From assembly GCA_964459375.1 (NCBI GenBank), contig CAYWLJ010000003.1, forward strand, positions 79,236-143,235: 64,000 nucleotides of DNA. The letters are read 5' to 3'. This DNA comes from an uncultured Lentimicrobiaceae bacterium. Lineage in GTDB: Bacteria > Bacteroidota > Bacteroidia > Bacteroidales > F082. This document shows, piece by piece, positions 57,350 to 64,000 of this stretch. The notes under the pieces are model-generated. The model was given only the letters and a program-made list of their open reading frames with translations. It was not told where the DNA came from and searched no databases. Position numbers and translations under genes: made by a program. Position 1 is the stretch's first letter, and each line of letters begins with the position of its first letter.

Positions 57350-59540
57350 GCTTCAAGGTTTTAACATTTCCATTCCGCCTGATGATTACCTGCCTCAGTT
57401 GTTCGTCGTTGAAGTGCAGTTCGCAGTCTTGTGCTGCCAGAACTTTTCCGAATATTGAAAATTTCGTTTGGCTGGTCATCACAAAGCCCTCGTCGAACAA
57501 ATCGCCTTTTCTTGCGCTGTGTTCCAAACGATAGGACGTTTTGAGAAACCTGTATAAGGGTGCTACGATATCCAGTAGCATCCTCAGGGTTTTGTTCGGA
57601 AAATAATGAAGGCTGATGCTTTCGTCGAGTTGGATTCCGGGCTCAAACCCGGTGGTGAGCTGATAGGCTCCCAGAAAAAAATCGCGCAGCAGACTGTTCT
57701 CCGGTCCCTCGTAATGGGTGAAAAAAAGGATATCGGGCAGCCTCACCATCCAGGCCCTTGCACCGGTCTGGCTACATTCGAGGTAAGTATTGTTGAAAAT
57801 ATCGGTTTCAACCCGCCATACCACCTGTTCATTCGCCTCTTGCTGATCGATGACCTCGAAGCAAAGTTCCTGACCGGGCACAAAATGCAGGGCCTTGTCG
57901 AGCAGGGTTTCAGTATTGAGGTTGGATACAAATTCATTGATCCTGGGCTGACCGGATGCAATGAAATGCTTTTTGTGAGTCTTATTCAGGTATCCGGAGA
58001 ACGAATAATTGAGAGTGGCAGCACCTATTTCGGGTGCCGTCTGAAACTGCACATGCAGATGCGGGTAGGGCGAGCGCCCCGAATTGCCACAACGTCCAAT
58101 CTGCTCGCCTTTGCGCACGGGCTGTCCCGCCTTGACTGCAATACTGCCTTTTTTCAGGTGGCTTAGTTGGCTGTAGAGGCCTGTGGTGTGCCAGATAAGC
58201 ACTGTATTGCCCCAATTCTTGTTCAGGTTTATATCGCCAATGGCGTTATCGGGGATGCCGTCGGCTACCTCCTGCACCACCCCGTCGGCAGGTGCCACTA
58301 CAGGTTTGTCGAAACAATAATAATCCTCGCAGTTGAGGCCTTCGCCCCGAAAAGTTTTCCCCTCCTCATCGGTCATCTCAAAATCCCAGGCATGTCGCCA
58401 GGCGTCCTTGTGGGTGAACTCGCCATCGAAAGCCTGAGTCACTTTCCATATCCCCCAGAAAGGCAGCTTTACGGGAAAGCTGTAGAGGTGAGCAAGGCGC
58501 TTGCGGTTCACAAGGTAATTATACTGGTTTTGTTCGGGGCTGTATTGCTGGTAAAAAACCAGGGGTGGATTTTCGGTAAAACGCTCGCGCAGACGCAGCA
58601 AATAGAGCACCAGCAACACCACCACGTTGAAAGGCAGCGAATAGATGCCCATCTGCCAGTTGCCAAACACGGCATTGCCCGATGCTATCACAAACGCAGT
58701 GAGCGGAACCGCCAGCAACAGCCATATCAGCGAGCCTGCCGAAGGCACCAGAAAAAACCCTCCGATGGCAATGCTGGTGAGAATATAGTTGAAACCGATA
58801 TAGCTGTACGAAACCGACTGCATGTTGATGCCCAGCAGCTTGTATAACCACCAGGCAGTCGCAAAACCCACAACTGAAAACAGCAAGGCCTGCCGCGACC
58901 ACCTGAAAAGGGCAATGGCTACAAGCAGTCCGGCAAACAGATGGTATTGAAAAAATATGGCTCCCAGCGACCGGAAATAGATCTTGACCACCTCGGGCAG
59001 ACTGAGGTTGTTGATCCATTCATAGCCATCGAGCAGGGGAAGTCCGCCCAGCAGAAACATTTCGTTGAGTTTATATAAACCATGGGTGCTAAGCTCGAGC
59101 TGACCAAAGTCGCGGGTGCTCAAGAGGCTCATCCAGTAGGTGATCAGGAACGGCAGGCTCAGAAAAGGCAGATTGTATTTCGAAAGGATGCCTTCGAGCA
59201 GGGTGGTGACCAGCAGACTCAGCAGGGCAGCAAACAAAATAACCAGCAGAAATGCCGCGTTGAAGTGGTAATACGATCCCAGACCCAGACCAACCAGTAA
59301 GGCATTGAACCCATAAAGCCCGTCGGTGATTTTCTGTCTGTTAAGTCCACTAAGATATGCTGCAAGGTTGGCCACCACCACCGAAAGCCATCCGGCCAAT
59401 CCAGCCTGCCAGTCGAAAAAGGAAATGAGAATGAGTGTCCAGCCCAGAATTTTATCTTTCGAAAAAAGTATCTGGGTGTAGCTGTTGCGGATGCTCAGCC
59501 TGAAATGAGGGAATACCAGCCTGAACTGCGCGATGCTCAT
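57342..59540 (-). CDS. urea-transporter-family membrane domain fused to an M23 (LytM) peptidase domain and an unknown C-terminal domain
   Basis: N-terminal roughly 330 aa polytopic with NSYTQILFS ... GLYGFNALLVGLGLG (UT family). Middle has GNTVLIWHTTGLYSQLSHLKKGS ... GEQIGRCGNSGRSPYPHLHVQ (M23 HxH). About 200-aa tail. Confidence 0.75.
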   Translation of the reverse strand: MSIAQFRLVFPHFRLSIRNSYTQILFSKDKILGWTLILISFFDWQAGLAGWLSVVVANLAAYLSGLNRQKITDGLYGFNALLVGLGLGSYYHFNAAFLLVILFAALLSLLVTTLLEGILSKYNLPFLSLPFLITYWMSLLSTRDFGQLELSTHGLYKLNEMFLLGGLPLLDGYEWINNLSLPEVVKIYFRSLGAIFFQYHLFAGLLVAIALFRWSRQALLFSVVGFATAWWLYKLLGINMQSVSYSYIGFNYILTSIAIGGFFLVPSAGSLIWLLLAVPLTAFVIASGNAVFGNWQMGIYSLPFNVVVLLVLYLLRLRERFTENPPLVFYQQYSPEQNQYNYLVNRKRLAHLYSFPVKLPFWGIWKVTQAFDGEFTHKDAWRHAWDFEMTDEEGKTFRGEGLNCEDYYCFDKPVVAPADGVVQEVADGIPDNAIGDINLNKNWGNTVLIWHTTGLYSQLSHLKKGSIAVKAGQPVRKGEQIGRCGNSGRSPYPHLHVQFQTAPEIGAATLNYSFSGYLNKTHKKHFIASGQPRINEFVSNLNTETLLDKALHFVPGQELCFEVIDQQEANEQVVWRVETDIFNNTYLECSQTGARAWMVRLPDILFFTHYEGPENSLLRDFFLGAYQLTTGFEPGIQLDESISLHYFPNKTLRMLLDIVAPLYRFLKTSYRLEHSARKGDLFDEGFVMTSQTKFSIFGKVLAAQDCELHFNDEQLRQVIIRRNGNVKTLKRV

Positions 59541-60898
59541 AGGTCGAAATGGGCCAGATGAGCAGGGATGAGTTCCTGACTGGTGAGGGTTTCGAGGGTT
59601 TCGGCTCTGCGGATCAGGTGCTTGCCTCCTTCTTCATCGATAAGGATTACGTTGGGCCTGAGGGTGATAAACTGCAACCATTGGGTCATATTGTAAGCAC
59701 CCACATGATGCACTACCACGTGATCGCCCCGGTTGAGCAGGGGCAGGTTGATGTTTTCGCGCACAACGTCGATATTCATGCAAAGCGGCCCGTAAAGTGC
59801 GGTGTCCTCAGTGTAGGAAGTGATGGGTTGGGCCGGGGTGATTAGATGGTCATACCAAAAAGCAGTGAATAGGGTGTTTACACCAATGTCGAGAATGGTA
59901 GCCCTTCGTCCATCGCTCAGGCGCTTATTGGCCAGCACGGTTCCAAGCAACCAGGCTGCATCGTCGATCAGGGCGCGGCCCGATTCGATGATAAGTACTG
60001 GCGATGTTTTCGGGCGGTAATCGCTGTTCATCAGGGCCGAAGTGATGGCCTCGGCAAAGTCGTTAATCGATGGGCTGATGTCGGTGCCCGGCAGGTAAGA
60101 GCCTTTAAGGGTGTTTTTGCTTGCAAATCCCCCTCCGATATCGATGTATTTGATTTCGTGGTTGTACTTGTTCAGCACACTCTGGGCAAGATGGGCCAGC
60201 TTGGAAGCTGCCACAGCATAGGCGTTGGGCGAGAGCATGAAAGTGCCGATATGGGTGTGCAGCCCTACCAGATCCATCAGCCCCGAAAACATGATCTTGT
60301 TGAGCGCATCCCAGGCCTGCCCGTTTTCGTAGTTAAAGCCAAAACGATCCCACATAGGATAGACTCCGGTGTCCATGTTCACCCTGATGGCAACCCGCGG
60401 CCGTAACTTCGAATCCCGGGCAATGTCCTGCAGCAGGTAAAGCTCATCCAGATGGTCAATGTGAATCAGCGAGTTGTTGGTAATGGCCTTTCGCAGATCT
60501 GCTTCGGTTTTGTCAGGCCCATTGAAAATAATTTTACCTCCGGGCACTCCGTTGCGAATGGCTTTATCGTACTCGAATCCTGAAACTACCTCGGCCCACG
60601 AGCCCTCCTGATGATAGATATTGCAAATGGCATCGAGGTAGTTGGTTTTATAACTCCATGCAAACTGCACTTTTGGATAACGGGTTTGAAATGCCTGTCG
60701 CGCATTACGGTAATTCTTGCGCAGCTTTTTTTCCGACACCACAAACAGCGGTGAACCAAACTCCTTGATAAGGTCTTTAACCATCAGTCCTTCAATGGAC
60801 TGGGTGGGATCCTGTGCCGACCTCATTCCGAATTTGTTAGGCATATTGCCCTCAAGTTTCTTGATGACAGGTCTTTCGTAAATTTTTCTCGTTGGCAT
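59537..60898 (-). CDS. PLP-dependent decarboxylase, fold type III (Orn/DAP/Arg decarboxylase family)
   Basis: FGSPLFVVSE, PLP-Lys context FAWSYKTNY, HTHIGT, DIGGGFAS, IIESGRALI, YGPLCMNIDV. The ATG at 60898 avoids overlap with the upstream gene (track start is 60967). Confidence 0.8.
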   Translation of the reverse strand: MPTRKIYERPVIKKLEGNMPNKFGMRSAQDPTQSIEGLMVKDLIKEFGSPLFVVSEKKLRKNYRNARQAFQTRYPKVQFAWSYKTNYLDAICNIYHQEGSWAEVVSGFEYDKAIRNGVPGGKIIFNGPDKTEADLRKAITNNSLIHIDHLDELYLLQDIARDSKLRPRVAIRVNMDTGVYPMWDRFGFNYENGQAWDALNKIMFSGLMDLVGLHTHIGTFMLSPNAYAVAASKLAHLAQSVLNKYNHEIKYIDIGGGFASKNTLKGSYLPGTDISPSINDFAEAITSALMNSDYRPKTSPVLIIESGRALIDDAAWLLGTVLANKRLSDGRRATILDIGVNTLFTAFWYDHLITPAQPITSYTEDTALYGPLCMNIDVVRENINLPLLNRGDHVVVHHVGAYNMTQWLQFITLRPNVILIDEEGGKHLIRRAETLETLTSQELIPAHLAHFDL

Positions 60899-60917
60899 GA
60901 TGCAATAATTAACGGTT

Positions 60918-61970
60918 TTATAGCTCGCCCTGGGTCGATATGGTTTCAAATTCACTGATGTCCACAATCATATCCCAGGCATAGCGGACAAACATTTTTC
61001 CTGTTTCGTATTGGCTAAAAGGCTCCACCGGCCAGCCCATGGCAAGGCGGGCAACCGCCTCCGGAATGTTTTGTCCACACCCTACGGACAGATAGATCCA
61101 TGCCGGCATGCGGGGATTGATTTCCAGAAGGTGGTATTGCCCGTCTTTGTTTTTCATCAGCTCCAGCTCGAAGGGCCCGCGCCATCTGGATGCCTTGATA
61201 AATTGACGTGTCAGTTCGAGGGCCTGCTGATCGGCTATCGAAATGCCTCCCCAGGCTTTGCCTTTGTCGGTGATGTATTGCTTGCGCATGGGTACTGCCG
61301 CCAGGGTATTGCCTTTGCCATCGCCCAGCCCTGTAACATTAAATTCCGTGCCATGAATAAATTTCTGTATGATGATGGGCAGACCCCATTTGGCCGAAAT
61401 CTTATTGAAGGCAGATCTCACCTGTTCGTTGTTATAGGCCAGGCTGGCGTCGTAATATTTTCCCTTGACCACCAGCGGCCAATCGAATTCTTTATCCAGA
61501 TTCTGTGCTTCGCCCAGGGTATAAATCACCTTTGCCGGTGGAACGTTTATGTTATGCTCCTTGCCGAACTTGTACAGATTCACTTTCTGACGGGCTTCAA
61601 ACTGCTCGTTTTCAGGTAAGAACGTGTGGACTCCCATGCTGCGCAGTGTGCCCGAAAGGCGCATAAACGAAAAGAGCTCTGCATCGAAATTCGGAATGAT
61701 CACATCCAGCTTTTCTTGCTGATGGATATAATTCAGCCGCTGCATCAGGGCTTCGGTTCCGGCCGAGGGATAGGGAATCTGGTAGGTTTTGTCAACAAGC
61801 TCGTGCATATAGATACCCGGTTCGAGCGATTCGTAGAACAGCCCGATAATGCGGCAATCGAAACTCCGGGCCTCCCGCAGACCGCGGATGACGGCCACAC
61901 CGGGCCCTGGGCTGTCGATGGCATTGAGTCCCGAAACAGCGATGGTAAGCTTGGGCCTAATCTTCGTCAT
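60918..61970 (-). CDS. ATP-grasp domain ligase
   Basis: 350 aa. Pre-ATP-grasp LTIAVSGLNAIDSPGPGVAV, WPLVVKGKYY, IIQKFIHGTEFNV, ELELMKNKDGQYHLLEINPRMPAW (Mg/ATP site pattern E-x-N). Confidence 0.8.
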   Translation of the reverse strand: MTKIRPKLTIAVSGLNAIDSPGPGVAVIRGLREARSFDCRIIGLFYESLEPGIYMHELVDKTYQIPYPSAGTEALMQRLNYIHQQEKLDVIIPNFDAELFSFMRLSGTLRSMGVHTFLPENEQFEARQKVNLYKFGKEHNINVPPAKVIYTLGEAQNLDKEFDWPLVVKGKYYDASLAYNNEQVRSAFNKISAKWGLPIIIQKFIHGTEFNVTGLGDGKGNTLAAVPMRKQYITDKGKAWGGISIADQQALELTRQFIKASRWRGPFELELMKNKDGQYHLLEINPRMPAWIYLSVGCGQNIPEAVARLAMGWPVEPFSQYETGKMFVRYAWDMIVDISEFETISTQGEL

Positions 61971-62208
61971 AACTTAAAAGGTGATATTGACGCATCATCT
62001 CGATGAAGTCCTGAAGGTCGCGCTCAGCTTGCGTTGACTCAACCTGAAACACCTCACATAGACTTTCGGTAATCTCCTTTGCCTCTGCGCCGCGCCGTAT
62101 AAGGTTCATGATTTCGAGACCAGTGGGATTGGCTGTAAACGATTCGCCTGTCACCGGGTTGAAAACGAAACCGTTGTCGCTGATGGCTATGTTGCTTTTG
62201 ATTTTCAT
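61957..62208 (-). CDS. PqqD-family (RRE-fold) small protein
   Basis: 83 aa. FVFNPVTGESFTANPTGLEIMNLIRRGAEAKEI ... AERDLQDFIEMMRQYHLL fits the PqqD pattern. Acidic C-terminus SYDED. Overlaps the ATP-grasp start by 14 nt. Confidence 0.7.
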   Translation of the reverse strand: MKIKSNIAISDNGFVFNPVTGESFTANPTGLEIMNLIRRGAEAKEITESLCEVFQVESTQAERDLQDFIEMMRQYHLLSYDED

Positions 62209-62271
62209 GGCCGCTTATTTAAATGCAAGATTAGACCTTTTTCATTGTAATTATTGTTCATAAAAATGTGT

Positions 62272-62889
62272 TTATGGTTCAAAATTTTCGACCTTGTTCA
62301 GCATACTGGATTCAGATAACCTGATGCCCATGCGTCCTTTCTCGGGCAAGCTGCGATAATCCGTCACCGAGTAACCTGTTATCTGCTTAAACTGGGTGGA
62401 CAGGTATTGAACGCTGCTGTAGCCCATCATATAGGCAATTTCACTTAATGTAATATATTCGTCCTGAAGCAGTTCTTTCACTTTCTCAATTTTTTGAAGG
62501 ATGATGTATTTCTCCAGTGTAATGTGCTCGTGTCGCGAAAATAAGGTGGATAGATACTGATAGCTCCGGTCGAAGCGGCTGACAATAAAATCGGAATTAC
62601 GTACCATGGCATTAAAGGTAGTATGCCAGACCAGTTCTACAACCACTCTTTTAATGTCCTCGACCATGGCCTTCTCGTGATCGTCTATCAGACTGAACCC
62701 CAACTTCTCGAACAGGCTCAGGATGTCATGCTCCGACACTTTTTCTTCGTCCCAGCGCAGGTTTACCTCTCCAATCCGGGCTTTTTTCACTTCCACACCC
62801 AGCTTTTCCAGCTCAAGCATCAACAGCTTCAGGCAACAGTCGCTGAGCATATTGCGGAGCAGGTATCGTGTCTGGCGAATAGCGGGCAT
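62272..62889 (-). CDS. AraC-family transcriptional regulator
   Basis: C-terminal HTH pair (ITLEKYIILQKIEKVKELL ... LSEIAYMMGYSSVQYLSTQFKQITGYSVTDYR). N-terminal ferredoxin-like domain. Confidence 0.8.
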   Translation of the reverse strand: MPAIRQTRYLLRNMLSDCCLKLLMLELEKLGVEVKKARIGEVNLRWDEEKVSEHDILSLFEKLGFSLIDDHEKAMVEDIKRVVVELVWHTTFNAMVRNSDFIVSRFDRSYQYLSTLFSRHEHITLEKYIILQKIEKVKELLQDEYITLSEIAYMMGYSSVQYLSTQFKQITGYSVTDYRSLPEKGRMGIRLSESSMLNKVENFEP

Positions 62890-62904
62890 GGTTTAAAGCT
62901 TATA

Positions 62905-62912
62905 CAAAGTTA
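62905..62912 (-). promoter_or_regulatory. candidate -7 box (TAACTTTG) for the AraC gene
   Basis: Plus-strand caaagtta, 16 nt upstream of the ATG at 62889. Overlaps the stop codon of the upstream gene. Confidence 0.35.
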
Positions 62913-63971
62913 GCTTTTAGGTAATTGCAAATGCAGGAATTGCTGTTTGGCCCGATTCCAGAGCAAAACCAGCACAGCACTTGTAATGATAACAACAACA
63001 AACCACATCAGCAACTGCAGCGGATATTGCGTTTGATAAATGAGTGTGGCAATATTGCCGATTATCAGCCATTGGATAACATAGAAAGCGGTTACATTGC
63101 GCCCATTCCAGCATAAAAAATTTGTTGCCGGGTCGTTGTCGAATGCCTTGGTTATCAGAACAGCAAGGGCTGCAATAGTGGCCACAAACAGCAGATTCCA
63201 AAATACAACCGGAGCCTGGTGGTGATACCACTTATCCATAGAGGTGGCTGCATTCCAGCCAACATTAAAGGTAATGGCAAGAACCAATAGCCCGGCAAAA
63301 GCCATCAGGCCGTAGTGCCACTCACTCAATGCCAGCATCCTCGTCCATCGGATCAATCCGGAAGCTACAAAACCAGATAACGGATAGGCTGCCCATGGAA
63401 CAAGTGGAAAATAACTCCACGCGGCATCAGAATGGATAAAAGCCATGAGGTATACAGGGATTGTTTCGTTTGTCGACCAGGGCTCGAGGTATGATGCAAA
63501 AAGCACCACAATGAGTAAAACCAGCGCAGCTGAATATGAAAATTTGCCGGTTGCTGACAGTAAAGCCAATATAATCAGGCTGAATCCGGCCAAAAAAAGA
63601 ATATCCACACCAAACAGGTAATGAAGCGGATTTTGTGGCCAGGCTTCGATCCAGATCTTCATAAACAAATGGACGTTCATGCCAATATTGAGCAGGAGGC
63701 CCCAGAGCAGGAGCTTCGAACCACGACGAATTAAATAGCCTGTTTTGTGCCCCGAAAAGCCGGCCAGATAACCCATCACAACCATAAACATTGGCGCAGC
63801 TGCAGGACCTCCCAAAAACAAGCTTATACGTCCCAACACACTCTGCTGCCATACCGGCACGGCAAACAATTCAGTGATATGAACCTGAATCATGGCCATA
63901 ACTGCCAGCCCTTTCAACAAATCCAGACTCCTTAGCCGCGAATGCACTTGTGCTGAATTAGCCTCATTCAT
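62910..63971 (-). CDS. polytopic membrane acyltransferase-like protein (DUF1624 / heparan-alpha-glucosaminide N-acetyltransferase-like)
   Basis: 353 aa. RLRSLDLLKGLAVMAMIQVHITELF N-terminus followed by about 9 further hydrophobic helices. Family name from memory. Confidence 0.6.
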   Translation of the reverse strand: MNEANSAQVHSRLRSLDLLKGLAVMAMIQVHITELFAVPVWQQSVLGRISLFLGGPAAAPMFMVVMGYLAGFSGHKTGYLIRRGSKLLLWGLLLNIGMNVHLFMKIWIEAWPQNPLHYLFGVDILFLAGFSLIILALLSATGKFSYSAALVLLIVVLFASYLEPWSTNETIPVYLMAFIHSDAAWSYFPLVPWAAYPLSGFVASGLIRWTRMLALSEWHYGLMAFAGLLVLAITFNVGWNAATSMDKWYHHQAPVVFWNLLFVATIAALAVLITKAFDNDPATNFLCWNGRNVTAFYVIQWLIIGNIATLIYQTQYPLQLLMWFVVVIITSAVLVLLWNRAKQQFLHLQLPKS

Positions 63972-64000
63972 TGTTGTAGTATTTAGACTGCTAAAGTATC

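Noticed and set aside
59537-60898. The decarboxylase as ordinary diaminopimelate decarboxylase (lysA)
   Set aside because: This cannot be excluded from sequence alone. However, it has a roughly 40-aa N-terminal extension and 4-nt and 19-nt coupling to a transporter-peptidase fusion and an ATP-grasp ligase, and no lysine-pathway neighbours. It is kept as generic fold-III decarboxylase.
1-64000. rRNA, tRNA or tmRNA genes anywhere in the window
   Set aside because: A by-eye scan for T-loop GGTTCGAATCC-like boxes and rRNA-like conserved stretches found none. Nearly all sequence is accounted for by protein genes. A tRNAscan/Infernal run would be the definitive check.

Overview
This 64-kb window looks like part of a Bacteroidota-type chromosome. 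The taxon call rests on a T9SS C-terminal sorting domain, a CarboxypepD_reg-TonB receptor, Cys-lipobox lipoproteins, and 17 exact TAnnTTTG -7 boxes lying 10-50 nt (one about 140 nt) upstream of start codons. By eye I find about 55 intact protein genes and at least 5 multi-lesion pseudogenes. I find no rRNA, tRNA, CRISPR array, transposase or integrase. Ordinary content: the tail of a MacB/MacA-like efflux system; a Fur-TonB receptor-2x DUF4625-like lipoprotein metal-uptake operon; isoaspartyl peptidase; S46 dipeptidyl peptidase; a deoxyhypusine-synthase-like gene plus asnB; RNase HI; an S9/esterase-like hydrolase; cysQ-cysD-cysN(C-like); thrA-thrB-thrC; mscS and mscL; ornithine carbamoyltransferase; PHP histidinol phosphatase; two nitroreductases; M28/glutaminyl cyclase-like peptidase; LMW phosphotyrosine phosphatase; YceI; truC-like pseudouridine synthase. 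Two clusters are my best candidates for an undescribed system. (1) 20.1-24.7 kb holds six genes with 15 CxxCH haem motifs: a collagen-repeat hexahaem lipoprotein, a PSCyt1-like monohaem lipoprotein, a DUF5777-like OM barrel, a class-I cytochrome c, and a heptahaem protein translationally coupled to a cytochrome b. This reads as a quinol-to-outer-membrane electron path with no catalytic subunit. (2) 55.3-62.2 kb holds six tightly overlapping genes: a PqqD-like protein, an ATP-grasp ligase, a fold-III PLP decarboxylase, a urea-transporter::M23 fusion, a TPR-barrel outer membrane protein and a TPR protein, behind an AraC regulator and a DUF1624-type acyltransferase. Also notable are a stacked palindromic CTTTGCG/CGCAAAG repeat array (16.25-16.58 kb) with a second copy at 1.45 kb, a lower-GC island (about 11.1-13.8 kb) of decayed genes, and a CysN fusion whose APS-kinase-like domain appears catalytically degenerate. 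All family names come from motif recognition and memory; nothing was searched or computed.
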